Assembly (NCBI GenBank): GCA_964510025.1
Contig: CAZDZV010000002.1
Coordinates: 1 to 64,000 of the forward strand
DNA length: 64,000 nt
Direction: 5' to 3'
Source: an uncultured Methanosarcinales archaeon
Lineage (GTDB): Archaea; Nanobdellota; Nanobdellia; Woesearchaeales; DATDXC01
In this document: in pieces, positions 1-10,358 of the stretch
How positions within the stretch are numbered: the stretch's first letter is position 1
Layout: each line of letters opens with the position of its first letter
Translations under genes and position numbers: made by a program
Notes under the pieces: generated by a model
Told to the model about the DNA's origin: nothing
The model's input: the letters and a program-made list of their open reading frames with translations, nothing else
Databases searched by the model: none

Positions 1-2
1 CT

Positions 3-494
3 GTAGCATTTAAAGAGGATCTCCAGCCGGAGTTCAAGACATATTGTGGACAGACAGTCAAGAATGCAAAGGTTTTGGCAGAAACACTGATGGCAAACGG
101 CATAAAGCTCTTATCGAACGGAACAGACAATCATCTGATGCTCCTTGATGTTTGGGGAAGCAAGAGCGTTTCAGGAAAGGAAGCTGAGGTAGCCTTGGAT
201 AAAGCGAATATATTTACGAACAAGAATATGATCCCAAATCCGCCGGGGGATCTGCCTGTTGATTCAAGAGGCAAAAAGGTCGGAACACCGTTCAATCCAA
301 GAGGGATAAGGATAGGCACTCCTGCCTTAACAACAAGGGGATTGAAGGAAGAAGAGATGGAGATAATCGGAAAACTTATTTCTAAAGTCCTGGATAATTT
401 TAAGGATGAAGGTACTATATTGGAAGTGAAGGAAAAGATTTTGGAATTGTGCAGGAAATTTCCGTTGTATCCTGATCTGGGTGTATTGAAATAA
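3..494 (+). CDS. glyA: Serine hydroxymethyltransferase, C-terminal part (truncated by window start)
   Basis: Frame open from nt 3; motifs GTDNHLML, NKN, GIRIGTPALTTRG. Confidence 0.95.
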   Translation, partial: VAFKEDLQPEFKTYCGQTVKNAKVLAETLMANGIKLLSNGTDNHLMLLDVWGSKSVSGKEAEVALDKANIFTNKNMIPNPPGDLPVDSRGKKVGTPFNPRGIRIGTPALTTRGLKEEEMEIIGKLISKVLDNFKDEGTILEVKEKILELCRKFPLYPDLGVLK

Positions 495-506
495 TCTTTA
501 TTTATC

Positions 507-895
507 TCAAAGAACTATCCGATCTGTAGTCAGATGAGTATGGTTACAGATAAAACTTATTATCAAAGGTGTATCAGCAGTATTTTCTAAAGAATGAACA
601 TATCCTGCAGGAATATTAAAAACGTCGTTCTCTCTTACTTCCAAAGGCGCTTCCCACTTGGTTTCCTTGACTTTATCTCTTTCAAAAAACGCTTTTCCTA
701 TACTGATCTTACCTGTTCCTTTTAAGACAACATAAAGCTCATCGCCATATCTATGTACATGAGGGGCAACCTTTTCCTTTACCTCTGCAACATGATACCC
801 GATCTCTGCTCCTTCTATAACAGCGGCATGCTTGATCTTCACTTTTACGTCTTCTGTGCATCTTTTAACTTTTCAAAGATATTGCCTATCTTCAT
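507..895 (-). pseudogene. Cupin-domain protein, apparently frameshifted near the 5' end
   Basis: Cupin motifs PHVH...ELYVVLKG and IPAGYVHSLEN in 507-842. ATG at 895 (MKIGNIFEKLKDA) is one base out of frame with the cupin frame. Confidence 0.65.
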
Positions 896-1000
896 AATGC
901 AATCCAAATAAGATGGTTATTTAAATCTTTTCAATAGTTTTCGAAATTTTTCCGGTTAATAAGCCAAACTTTTTTTATAATATAGATTTTAATAAAGATC

Positions 1001-2083
1001 ATGCAGTTGAGAAAGCCATTGACATTAGAAGAGATTAGGGATATACAAGAAAGTGGAATTCTAAGGCTTATCGAGTTCAATATAACAAATGTCTGTAATC
1101 TGGCCTGTCCTGGCTGCTACGAAGAAGAAGAAGCTAAGGAACCAAGGCAAGATTTAGGATTTGATACTTTCGGGCAATATATCGATATGGGTCTTGAAAG
1201 AGGATTAGAGGAAGTATGGATTCTTGGTGGAGAGCCAACATTACATCCTCAATGGAGAGAGTTTCTTAAATATGCTAAAGAAAGAGGAATATCCAGATTA
1301 ACCTTATTCTCAAATATGCTTAGGTTGGAGGAAAGGGATATTGAATTTCTCATAGAAAGGGAAACAAAGCTTATCGGCAAGATGAATATCGGTTCTTTAG
1401 AACCCGGACTAAAAGAGCTTTATGCTCAAGCCAGAGCTATAGGAAGACCTCCAGAAGTAGCCAGGAAAATGCTGGATCAGGTTGCTATGATAATAAGAAG
1501 AGGACTCAATGGCTATGACCTCTTTGCATTGGAAAATTTATTAAGAAAAGACAATATGCCTTATGCAGCAGATTTTTGGAACTTTTGCAGACAAAATAAT
1601 ATTACGCCTAATCTTGAACTTTTTTGTGGAGTCAGCGGAACAGAAACTATAGCGATTCCTGACCCAGAAGAGGTTCTTGGACTGATAGAGGAAGTAAGAT
1701 CTATAGATAGAGGATATGGGATTGAAGAATGGATACCGATGGTCCCCCATATATTGACTGGTTGTCCTTTAACATACACAGGCATCGCAGTAAATTATAA
1801 TGAAGATGTACTTCCATGTGCAGCATCGAAAACAGTTGTTGCCAATTTTCAAGGCTCTAGGCCTGACTATGATGTTATACTGGACCACCCCATTATGAAG
1901 ACCAGAAGAAACATATCACCAGACAATATTCAGGGAGATTGCAGTGGTTGTGACTATTTCTACGAGTTGGGCTGCTTTGGGGGATGCAGAACAGCAGCTG
2001 AAGCCGATGGAAGAATTCATGGAACAGGTCCACTTGCAGGCTATGAGGGTTGTATAACAAGAAAGTTTATTGATGGTGCTTAA
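1001..2083 (+). CDS. Radical SAM protein with SPASM-like C-terminal domain
   Basis: CNLACPGC (CxxxCxxC), GGEPTLH, C-terminal CSGC...CFGGCR...C. Confidence 0.9.
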   Translation: MQLRKPLTLEEIRDIQESGILRLIEFNITNVCNLACPGCYEEEEAKEPRQDLGFDTFGQYIDMGLERGLEEVWILGGEPTLHPQWREFLKYAKERGISRLTLFSNMLRLEERDIEFLIERETKLIGKMNIGSLEPGLKELYAQARAIGRPPEVARKMLDQVAMIIRRGLNGYDLFALENLLRKDNMPYAADFWNFCRQNNITPNLELFCGVSGTETIAIPDPEEVLGLIEEVRSIDRGYGIEEWIPMVPHILTGCPLTYTGIAVNYNEDVLPCAASKTVVANFQGSRPDYDVILDHPIMKTRRNISPDNIQGDCSGCDYFYELGCFGGCRTAAEADGRIHGTGPLAGYEGCITRKFIDGA

Positions 2084-2084
2084 G

Positions 2085-3320
2085 CTATGCACCTATAAAT
2101 ATTGTTGCCAGCATAAATATCGTCACCAGGATTATAAGCCAGCATCCAGTGTAGGATATTATATTCAACCATCTATTATTGACATAATCTCCCATAAGTT
2201 TCTTGTTATTTACGAGCTTTAGGATTATTAATAAGATAACAGGCAGCAGTATACCATTTATGAACTGAGCCAGAATCATCAGGTTTAATAGATTTATTTT
2301 TGGTGCCAATATTATGGCAGCAGAGATGAATATTATGAATGACAATAAGATATAGAAGTTTTTGGCATCTTTGAATTTTTTGTTGACTCCTGATTCCCAT
2401 CCAAAGGCTTCGCAAACATAGAATGAAGTCGATATTGGAAGAATGAAAGCTCCAAACAGAGCAGCACCGAAGAATCCTACAGCGAACAATATAGATGCGT
2501 ATTGACCTGCCAATGGCTCAAGGGCTGCTGCAGCATCTATGGCACTCTCTATCCTTACGCCGCTGGTAAACAAAACAGCTGCACAGGTCACTATTATGAA
2601 AAATGAGACAATATCTGTCGTCAATGAACCTATTATGACATCCCATCTTGAATACTTATATTCTGATTTTCTTATTCCTTTTTCAACAATAGAGGATTGA
2701 AGATAGAACTGCATCCATGGTGTTATGGTTGTTCCGATTACAGCAATTAGCAAGAAAAGGTATGCTTTGTTGAACTGTATTGTTGGTATTACAAGCTGCC
2801 TGAGAACCGGTTGCCAATCTGGTTTTGCCATCAATCCAGAAATGATGTATGCAACATAAAACAATACAAGAATAAGAAAGAACTTTTCCAGAATTCTGTA
2901 GTTCAGCTTTATAATCAGAAACCAAACAAGGACAGCTATCAGGGGAACAAGGATGTACCTACTAATGCCAAAAAGCTCTCCGGCGGCTGCAATTCCAGCA
3001 AACTCAGCTATTGTTACAAAAAGATTTGCTATAACCAGACCCACCATAATAAATAACGTGAGTTTTATACCAAAATTTTCTCTGATCAGGTCAGCTAATC
3101 CTTTTCCAGTTACTGCCCCGAGCCTTGCAACCATCTCCTGGACAATGATAAGAAGGATGGTAATGGGTATGAGCGTCCATAGGAGACTGTAGCCGAAATT
3201 GGCGCCAGCGACAGAGTACGTCGTGATGCCCCCTGCATCATTGTCAACTGTAGCTGTTATTATCCCTGGGCCTATAATGCCAAGTACAAGCAATATCTGT
3301 TTCCAGTTGATCCTAGCCAT
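2085..3320 (-). CDS. NRAMP-family divalent metal transporter
   Basis: GPGIITATVDNDAGGITTYS, QEM.ARLG..TGKGL, IGTTITPWM; many TM helices. Confidence 0.9.
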   Translation of the reverse strand: MARINWKQILLVLGIIGPGIITATVDNDAGGITTYSVAGANFGYSLLWTLIPITILLIIVQEMVARLGAVTGKGLADLIRENFGIKLTLFIMVGLVIANLFVTIAEFAGIAAAGELFGISRYILVPLIAVLVWFLIIKLNYRILEKFFLILVLFYVAYIISGLMAKPDWQPVLRQLVIPTIQFNKAYLFLLIAVIGTTITPWMQFYLQSSIVEKGIRKSEYKYSRWDVIIGSLTTDIVSFFIIVTCAAVLFTSGVRIESAIDAAAALEPLAGQYASILFAVGFFGAALFGAFILPISTSFYVCEAFGWESGVNKKFKDAKNFYILLSFIIFISAAIILAPKINLLNLMILAQFINGILLPVILLIILKLVNNKKLMGDYVNNRWLNIISYTGCWLIILVTIFMLATIFIGA

Positions 3321-3321
3321 C

Positions 3322-4578
3322 TTACTTGTTTCTCAGTGGAAGGAACTTCTCCCTCTGGAGCCTTTCTGGAAGGTATTCATCTAGAATATCATCTGCCTTC
3401 ACGATGCCCCTCAGCTTGTTGTCCTTGTCTACAACAGGAAGTATAAAGAGGTCATATCTGGCCATAAGCCTGGCAGCTGTCTCTTTAGGGCTGTGGTCCT
3501 TCACGAAAACGACCTTGCTGTTCATGAAATCCTCCACTTTCTTCTTCGGGTCTGCTGTGAGAAGGGCCCTTATAGACAAAACCCCGATAAGGTTCTCCTT
3601 ATCCACCACATAGAGGTGGTACATCTTTTCTGATGAAGGCTTCTTGCTCCGCAGCATATTTATGGTCTTCTGGGCGGTATAATTCTTGGGCACTGCAAAA
3701 AACTCGGTGTTCATTATGGAGCCTATGGTATCAGGATAGTAATTCAGGATCTTCCGTATCCTGGCAGAAGACTTCTTATCCATTGACCTCAGAATATCCT
3801 GGGCCCTGGAAGCAGGCATGAGGCTTATTATATCTGCTGCCTGGTCAGCAGGTATGTTTTCAAGAAGGTCCTTTATCTTCTCTATCTTGAAGCTCTTGAG
3901 AACAGAGTCCTGAACGTTCTCTTCAGCCTCTATAAGGGTCTTTGCTGCCTTTCTCTGGTTTAGTGAGTTGAAGATAAGTATCCTTTCAGAATGAGACAGG
4001 TCTTCCATTATGTCTGCAATATCCTCAGGGTGAAGGTCTGCTATCTTGTCCTTCTGTATCTTTAGATGCAGGTCGTGAAATTCCGGCTCCAGCCTCTCTA
4101 CGGACTTCCATGTTATCACATGCTCCTTTGAGGGGATCAGGTTTGCAAGCCTGCCTATCCCAAGGCGGTGGATGAAGCTTTGGGTGCCTACCGCGACCCC
4201 CACTATAGAAAATTTCTTGCCCACCTTTCCAAGTATCACATCATTTACCCTAACCACTTTTACCCCATTCACATCGATAACCTGCTTATCTAGTATCCCG
4301 CCCACCAGGCTCTCTTTCTTCTTTACGAAAAAATGGGTGATCTCATCCACAGGGGTGTTGAGAAATATGGATATGTCCTTTGTCTTTCTTTCTTCCTTAA
4401 ATTCCTTAATATATGTCCATGGTATCTTTTTCCGGTACGTATCCTCATCAATATAGACCATATGGGTAATCTCAGCGTAGTCCTTCCCATCAAGAAAGAC
4501 CAGGTCTGCAAGGTAGCCTATATGTTTCCTGGCAGAATCAAATACCTTCTTGTTCTTCAGCTGGCTGAAATATACCAT
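3322..4578 (-). CDS. MgtE-like cytosolic protein (PRC barrel, MgtE_N, CBS pair)
   Basis: LDKQVIDVNG..VVRVND, LHPEDIADI, C-terminal CBS motifs; no TM domain; coupled to the NRAMP-like gene. Confidence 0.85.
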   Translation of the reverse strand: MVYFSQLKNKKVFDSARKHIGYLADLVFLDGKDYAEITHMVYIDEDTYRKKIPWTYIKEFKEERKTKDISIFLNTPVDEITHFFVKKKESLVGGILDKQVIDVNGVKVVRVNDVILGKVGKKFSIVGVAVGTQSFIHRLGIGRLANLIPSKEHVITWKSVERLEPEFHDLHLKIQKDKIADLHPEDIADIMEDLSHSERILIFNSLNQRKAAKTLIEAEENVQDSVLKSFKIEKIKDLLENIPADQAADIISLMPASRAQDILRSMDKKSSARIRKILNYYPDTIGSIMNTEFFAVPKNYTAQKTINMLRSKKPSSEKMYHLYVVDKENLIGVLSIRALLTADPKKKVEDFMNSKVVFVKDHSPKETAARLMARYDLFILPVVDKDNKLRGIVKADDILDEYLPERLQREKFLPLRNK

Positions 4579-4639
4579 GGCAAGAAAGGATAGTCTTCTA
4601 TATAAATAAGTTTCTATTTAGCGTAACCTTTATATATTA

Positions 4640-4655
4640 GTTAGGCAGGCCTAAC
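4640..4655. promoter_or_regulatory. DtxR/MntR-type palindromic operator
   Basis: Perfect inverted repeat GTTAGGC-AG-GCCTAAC between a TATA-like box (TTTATATA, 4629-4636) and ATG 4660; resembles TTAGG..CCTAA DtxR boxes. Confidence 0.75.
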
Positions 4656-4659
4656 ATAT

Positions 4660-5292
4660 ATGAGCAAAAGCAAGGAAGACTATCTTGGTGAGATCTACCG
4701 GCTGCAGTTCTGCAACAACAGGGCGACGAAGATCAGCGAGATAGCCTCGGCGCTAAAGATATCCAGGCCCAGCGTATCCCAGATGGTGAGGAAGCTTTCA
4801 AAGCAGGCGCTTGTGGAGTTCGAAGACTACGGCAAAGTGACCTTAACAAGAAAAGGTATAGAGGAGGCAAGAAAGATAGTCAGGAAGCACCAGCTACTGG
4901 AGGTATTTTTCAGCAGGATACTCAGGATAAGGAAAAGATTTCATGCTGAGGCACATAAGGTAGAGCACAGCCTTTCAGAGCAGGCAACAGACAGGCTGGA
5001 GGATGTGCTTAACAAGCCCAATGTCTGTCCGGACGGAAATCCCATACCTGCCAAAAACAGCAGGATAAACGAGCTTAGCGAGCTTCCTAGCAAGGCAGAG
5101 GCAGAGGTGCTATTTGCAGCCACAAGGAACAAAGCTTGCATAGAAAAGCTGAATTCGCTGGGTATCGTGCCCAAGACAAAGATAAAGGTGCTCAGGAAGA
5201 TGAGCAAAGGTCCTGTGCTTATAAAGGTAAAAGGTAGCGAGATAGCCTTGGGCAAAGATATCTGCTCTAAGATATTTGTGGCCAGAAAATGA
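4660..5292 (+). CDS. DtxR/MntR-family metal-dependent repressor with FeoA domain
   Basis: EDYL..IY, wHTH, RKHQLLE.F, EAHKVEH, CPDGNPIP, C-terminal FeoA-like region. Confidence 0.92.
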   Translation: MSKSKEDYLGEIYRLQFCNNRATKISEIASALKISRPSVSQMVRKLSKQALVEFEDYGKVTLTRKGIEEARKIVRKHQLLEVFFSRILRIRKRFHAEAHKVEHSLSEQATDRLEDVLNKPNVCPDGNPIPAKNSRINELSELPSKAEAEVLFAATRNKACIEKLNSLGIVPKTKIKVLRKMSKGPVLIKVKGSEIALGKDICSKIFVARK

Positions 5293-7139
5293 GAAAAACA
5301 TGCAGGCATCATGCAAGAAGGAGAAGGCAAAGGTTTAGACATGGAGCAGATATCGCACTGGTTGGCAACCCCAATACTGGAAAAAGCTGCCTGTTCAACT
5401 CCCTGACAGGAATGGGGGCTATCACTTCCAACTATCCTGGAACCACTGTAGACATATTTGAAGGAAAAAGCAACTTCAACGGAAAGCCTGTAAGGGTAGT
5501 GGATCTCCCTGGAATCTATTCGTTGGGCGGCGGCAGCGAAGATGAGATCGTTGCCAAAGATTATATCATAAGGAAAAAACCAGCAGCGATAATAAACATA
5601 ATAGATGCCACACTTCTGGAAAGAAACCTGTATCTCACGCTTCAGCTTCTGGAGCTGGAGAAACCTACCATAGTTGCGCTCAACTTCTATGAAGAGCTGG
5701 AAGACAAGGGCATAATGATAGACCATGAAAAGCTTGCCACGGTTCTGGGTGTTCCTGTGGTTCCAATAGATGCCTTAAGGGGTGCCGGCATAAGCGAGCT
5801 GGCGAACAAGGCTGCTGAGATAATGGACAAGGGTTTTGAGCCTGATTCTAAGGCCAACAGGGCGCTGAGGAAAAGGATCAGGAATATCGCAACAAAAGAG
5901 AGCGGCAATCTTGTAGAAAAATATAACATATTATCCACAGAGATCGCCAAAGAGAGGCATGCGCAGGCAGCAGCCATATCCAAGAAAGTGGTCCATAAGA
6001 AAGTATCCAAGAGAAGCATAAAGGAAAGGCTGGACAGGTTTACCACCGAGCCCCTGACCGGCCTAATATCCATGGCTATAGTACTTGCAATAATCTTTTC
6101 ATCCTTATTCTATCTCGGGGGTTACCTAAGCGGAGTTTTTGGCGATATTTTTGAGAACATTGTAGTTGATGCATTAGCTCCGCTGATAGCCAGGATACCG
6201 AACATGCTGCTGCAGACAGTCTTAACCTGGTCTTTGGATGGGATCAACGCAGCTGTACAGATAGCCCTGCCATATATAGCTGTATTCTATATCCTGCTGG
6301 CATTTCTTGAAGATACAGGATATCTCCCCCGGATGGCATACCTGCTTGACAGGGTCATGCACAAGCTTCACCTGCATGGGAAAGCTATCGTCCCTATGAT
6401 GCTCGGATTTGGATGCAGCGTTCCTGCTGTGCTTTCTACAAGGATATTGCCTACAAAAAAGGAAAGGATAGTCACAGCCACCATGGTCTGCATGATTCCC
6501 TGTTCTGCAAGAACAGCTGTCATCATTGGAGCTGTGGGAAGATTTATTGGCGCGGGCTATGCGCTGTTGCTGTATGCCATCGTCCTGGTGCTTATGCTGG
6601 CAGTAGGGTTCATTTTAGGCAGAGTGATCCCGGGGGAATCGACAGGGCTGATCCTCGAGCTGCCTGAGTACAGGCTTCCATCCCTGAAGAATGTTCTCCT
6701 AAAGACATGGATAAGGCTAAAGGATTTTTTCTATATTGCTTTCCCCCTGATTATAGCCGGATCTGTAGCCCTGGGAATTTTAAAGGTCTATGGATTGTTG
6801 GAGCCGATAGCTCAACCTTTTGAGCCCATAATCAGCAGATGGCTGATGCTGCCGGCGGTAGCTGGGATCACCTTGATATTCGGAATCTTAAGAAAAGAGC
6901 TTGCCCTGGAGATGCTGGTAGTGCTAGGGGGCAGCGCAATGCTGCTGGATTTCATGACCCCTATCCAGATATTTGTATTTGCGCTAGTGATAACGTTATA
7001 TATCCCTTGCATAGGGACATTTGCTGCCTTAAGACATGAGTTTGGCACCAAGACAAGCACAGCTATCGCAGTATTCACGATAGTCCTGGCAGTTATAGCA
7101 GGAGGATTGGCTGCAAGATTTCTAGGTGTTTTGTTCTAG
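5289..7139 (+). CDS. feoB: Ferrous iron transporter B
   Basis: GNPNTGKS, NYPGTTV, DLPGIYSL, LEDTGYLPR, GFGCSVPA. Confidence 0.96.
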   Translation: MRKTCRHHARRRRQRFRHGADIALVGNPNTGKSCLFNSLTGMGAITSNYPGTTVDIFEGKSNFNGKPVRVVDLPGIYSLGGGSEDEIVAKDYIIRKKPAAIINIIDATLLERNLYLTLQLLELEKPTIVALNFYEELEDKGIMIDHEKLATVLGVPVVPIDALRGAGISELANKAAEIMDKGFEPDSKANRALRKRIRNIATKESGNLVEKYNILSTEIAKERHAQAAAISKKVVHKKVSKRSIKERLDRFTTEPLTGLISMAIVLAIIFSSLFYLGGYLSGVFGDIFENIVVDALAPLIARIPNMLLQTVLTWSLDGINAAVQIALPYIAVFYILLAFLEDTGYLPRMAYLLDRVMHKLHLHGKAIVPMMLGFGCSVPAVLSTRILPTKKERIVTATMVCMIPCSARTAVIIGAVGRFIGAGYALLLYAIVLVLMLAVGFILGRVIPGESTGLILELPEYRLPSLKNVLLKTWIRLKDFFYIAFPLIIAGSVALGILKVYGLLEPIAQPFEPIISRWLMLPAVAGITLIFGILRKELALEMLVVLGGSAMLLDFMTPIQIFVFALVITLYIPCIGTFAALRHEFGTKTSTAIAVFTIVLAVIAGGLAARFLGVLF

Positions 7140-7411
7140 ATATTCCTCAACAGGAACTTCATCAGTTCCAGGCCGGCCTGCCTTCTGTCCTGGATGTCAG
7201 AGACCCGCTCAGCCAGCTGCGGATTACTCAGAGAGTGTGATATCCATGCTGCAAAATCATTCCTGTCATCTGTAACGTGATGCCTAAATGTATCATCATG
7301 CATCTCGTCCAGCGCTAAAGCCAGCTGAGATAGCGAGCTTATCTCCCTTCCGTCCCTGCAGAAGAAGGAGTCATCAGCTGTCCGAAAGACGTTCTCACCC
7401 AATATGATCAC
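7136..7411 (-). CDS. Small conserved protein (DUF5752-like)
   Basis: FFCRDG.EI.SL..L, F.HHV...RNDFAAWI. Confidence 0.65.
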   Translation of the reverse strand: MIILGENVFRTADDSFFCRDGREISSLSQLALALDEMHDDTFRHHVTDDRNDFAAWISHSLSNPQLAERVSDIQDRRQAGLELMKFLLRNI

Positions 7412-7516
7412 CTCATCGTAAATATCTGGGATTATACTATATAAATTTTTTGAATCAAGGGAAAACTTTAAATATTAATAGTAACTACCAATTAATAGTT
7501 AATAATATATGGGGGA

Positions 7517-7909
7517 ATGGAAAAAATGAAAAAATTTGAAAAAAATGTGGCAGATTCATTCAGGCTGGCCAAGGGCGACATAAAACAGCTGAAAGATGGG
7601 TTCAATCAGCTGAGCCAGCAGCAGGACAGGATGAATCAGATGCTTGAACAGCTCAGGGCCCATGAGATGCATCTTTACAAGAAGCTGCAGCAGTACGACA
7701 ACCAAAATCCGCTGGATAGGTGCAAGGAGTTTGTAAAAGAGATGAGAAAGCGCCTGGACAATGAGGTCATAGCAACAAAAGAGGGGAAAACCTTCCATGT
7801 TAAGGGATGTCCTTTCTCTGAGAATATAAAGCCAAAAAACAAGATCAGGTTCAGCTCAGAAGAAGAGGCCTTAAAGCAGGGATTTAGCCCCTGTATCTGC
7901 GCGAAGTGA
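7517..7909 (+). CDS. Coiled-coil protein with Ada-like metal-binding C-terminal domain
   Basis: FH..GCPF..NIKPKNKIRFSSEEEALKQGFSPCIC. Confidence 0.65.
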   Translation: MEKMKKFEKNVADSFRLAKGDIKQLKDGFNQLSQQQDRMNQMLEQLRAHEMHLYKKLQQYDNQNPLDRCKEFVKEMRKRLDNEVIATKEGKTFHVKGCPFSENIKPKNKIRFSSEEEALKQGFSPCICAK

Positions 7910-8491
7910 CTTTTTCTTATATCTCCCTCTTTTTTCAACTTTTGCCAGCCTTTCTAATATCTTCTCATAGTCTTGGGCACCATGATACCCTTCAAGAACC
8001 TGATCAAAGCATCTTTTCCATATGGAGTTATGCTTGCTCTCCAGAGCCTGCCTCAGCAGATGCAGGTCCACTGCCTTGTCCTCAATCTTTTCTGAGAAAA
8101 AGCTTAGGCCAAAGTCAATTAGGTAGAGCTTATCGTCTATCAAGAAGTTAGATGTTGTCAGGTCGCCGTGGATTATGCCGTTGTTATGCAGCATTGCAAT
8201 GTCCTTTCCGAGCGCCCTCATCAGTGTGCAGTTGTCTTTTGTGAGTACATCCCTCAGCTTTTGCCCGCTGATGTAGCCCATCTCGATTGTCTGGAGCCTA
8301 TCTGTAGATATGAGCCTGGGTGCGGGAAAATCCAGATCAGCCAGCCTAGCAAGGATCTTTGCTTCTCTCCTTGTCCTGAATTTCCGCAGCCTGCTGTCTA
8401 TGGCCTCTATCCTGTAGCTTTTCTTGTCACGTTTCTTGGTCACATGACCATCCAGGCAGACAGTGGCTTCTGCGCCTTTTCCTATGATCAT
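7871..8491 (-). CDS. bud32: KEOPS complex kinase Bud32
   Basis: GKGAEA, RTRREAK, IHGDLTTSN, IDFGL, EDKAVDL, KRGRY; start moved to ATG 8491. Confidence 0.93.
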   Translation of the reverse strand: MIIGKGAEATVCLDGHVTKKRDKKSYRIEAIDSRLRKFRTRREAKILARLADLDFPAPRLISTDRLQTIEMGYISGQKLRDVLTKDNCTLMRALGKDIAMLHNNGIIHGDLTTSNFLIDDKLYLIDFGLSFFSEKIEDKAVDLHLLRQALESKHNSIWKRCFDQVLEGYHGAQDYEKILERLAKVEKRGRYKKKSLRADTGAKSLL

Positions 8492-8611
8492 ATCAAAATA
8501 GAACGCAGGAGAATATTTAAAATTTCTCATTATATAAATTATAAATAAACAAATTTTTCTGTTATCAGTTCAACATAAACTATATAAATGACTTTTCTGG
8601 AAAGTGGAAAT

Positions 8612-8755
8612 ATGGAAGAAGAATATCAGGATGAGTCGATATATGGGGAGGAGAAAAGAGAGGAGCTTATCGACGAGGATGCATTGACCCCAGAAGAGGA
8701 AGCTTTTATGAGGGGCTATGAGGCAGCCAATGAGGATGATGATGAGGACGAGTAG
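8612..8755 (+). CDS. Small acidic hypothetical protein (47 aa; absent from ORF track)
   Basis: [47 protein letters not shown], downstream of a TATA-like element at ~8581. Confidence 0.7.
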   Translation: MEEEYQDESIYGEEKREELIDEDALTPEEEAFMRGYEAANEDDDEDE

Positions 8756-8793
8756 GCAAATATTTTTATATTAACTGGATATTTCTGTTTTTT

Positions 8794-9390
8794 ATGAAAC
8801 TTATTTTGAAAAAAGCGACAGCCAGGCTGCCGACCAAATATTATGATGACTTCGTAGTGCATGTTTATGAGGACCATAAAGGCTATCATCATCTGGCCTT
8901 GGTAAAGGGGGGGATAGGGAAAGGCGTCCTTGTCAGGGTCCATTCAGAGTGCATGACAGGGGATGTCTTCCACAGCCTGAAGTGCGACTGCGGCAAACAG
9001 CTGGAAGAGGCTTTGCAGATAATAGCAAAAAAAGGGGGAGTGCTTCTTTATCTCAGGCAGGAAGGCAGAGGCATCGGTCTTCTGAACAAGATAAAGGCCT
9101 ATGCCCTACAGGACCAGGGTTTTGACACTGTTGAGGCCAACGAAAAGCTGGGGTTCAAGCCAGACATGAGGGATTACACTGTCGGCGCCCAGATACTGGC
9201 AGACCTTGGGTTGACCACCATAAGGCTGCTGACGAACAACCCAAAGAAGATTAAGGGCATTGAAAAATACGGGCTGAAGATTGTAGAGAGGATACCTTTG
9301 GTCATAGAACCGAACGAGCATTCTGAAAAATACCTGAAGACAAAAAAAGAAAAATTCGGGCATCTTCTGGACAAGGGCGGCTTTGTGTAA
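8794..9390 (+). CDS. ribA: GTP cyclohydrolase II
   Basis: [37 protein letters not shown]. Confidence 0.96.
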   Translation: MKLILKKATARLPTKYYDDFVVHVYEDHKGYHHLALVKGGIGKGVLVRVHSECMTGDVFHSLKCDCGKQLEEALQIIAKKGGVLLYLRQEGRGIGLLNKIKAYALQDQGFDTVEANEKLGFKPDMRDYTVGAQILADLGLTTIRLLTNNPKKIKGIEKYGLKIVERIPLVIEPNEHSEKYLKTKKEKFGHLLDKGGFV

Positions 9391-9432
9391 AAACAAAATC
9401 TTTATATGTTTCATCTTCTTCACTAATGCAAA

Positions 9433-9585
9433 ATGGCGATAGGTTTCACAGAGATTCTGATAGTATTGGTTATCGTGCTGATACTTTTTGGCCCGAAAAA
9501 GCTTCCAGAACTGGCCAGGGCTGTAGGCGACTCCATCAGGGAGTATCGGAAAGGTCTGTCCGGGCAAAAGAAGCCTAAAGGCTGA
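9433..9585 (+). CDS. tatA: Twin-arginine translocase subunit TatA (50 aa; absent from ORF track)
   Basis: MAIGFTEILIVLVIVLILFGPKKLPELARAVG..IREYRKG. Confidence 0.93.
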   Translation: MAIGFTEILIVLVIVLILFGPKKLPELARAVGDSIREYRKGLSGQKKPKG

Positions 9586-9594
9586 TTCTGCAAA

Positions 9595-10290
9595 GTGAAA
9601 GCCGTAGCAGAGCATCTGGGAGAGCTAAGGGCAAGGCTCATAAATACAATATTTTTTCTCATCCTCTTCTGGGGGGCAGGGATATTGCTGTCCCCATATA
9701 TCATAAAGCATATCCTGGATGATTTTCAGGCAGCAAATTTCTTACTGGTCTCACTCTCTCCGCTTGAATTCATATATACCCAGCTAAAGATCGGGCTGGT
9801 CTTTTCTTTTTGCCTGGGCTTTCCGATAATATTGTATAATGCCATAAGCTTTATCAGGCCCGGCCTGAGAGAAAAGGAAAGGGCGGCTTTGAAGTATTTT
9901 CTGCCGGGCTTCATATTGCTGTTCGTGGCAGGGGCCTTGTTTGCATATTTTGCATTCTTAAGGATAACCATATGGTTCCTAGCAAACCTGTCATCGCTGG
10001 CAAACATAGAAAACATCTGGAGCATAGAGAGATTTATCTCATTCATGATAATGATCATCGGCGCAATGGGAATTGTATTTGAGCTGCCTTTATTGCTTAT
10101 CCTGCTCAACAGGCTCAATCTGCTTGATGAGAAGAGGCTGGCCAAGCACAGGCCGCATATATACGTAGGAGCGTTTATAGCTGCGGCCCTGATAAGCCCT
10201 CCGGATGTGATAACACAAGTAATGTTAGCTGTTCCAATCATCATCCTTTTTGAGGCAGCATATATGGTGATAAGAGCCAGTAAACGTTAA
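9595..10290 (+). CDS. tatC: Twin-arginine translocase subunit TatC
   Basis: HLGELR.RL, FIRPGL, G.VFELP, SPPDVITQ; adjacent to tatA. Confidence 0.93.
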   Translation: MKAVAEHLGELRARLINTIFFLILFWGAGILLSPYIIKHILDDFQAANFLLVSLSPLEFIYTQLKIGLVFSFCLGFPIILYNAISFIRPGLREKERAALKYFLPGFILLFVAGALFAYFAFLRITIWFLANLSSLANIENIWSIERFISFMIMIIGAMGIVFELPLLLILLNRLNLLDEKRLAKHRPHIYVGAFIAAALISPPDVITQVMLAVPIIILFEAAYMVIRASKR

Positions 10291-10358
10291 ATTTATAAAG
10301 ATTATATAATTTCTATAAAAAACTGTTCTTGAGTTTCTATTTCAAAAACAGATAGCTT

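Noticed and set aside
4941..5726. 261-aa minus-strand ORF and similar short overlapping ORFs in the track
   Set aside because: Antisense or alternate-frame shadows of recognisable genes.
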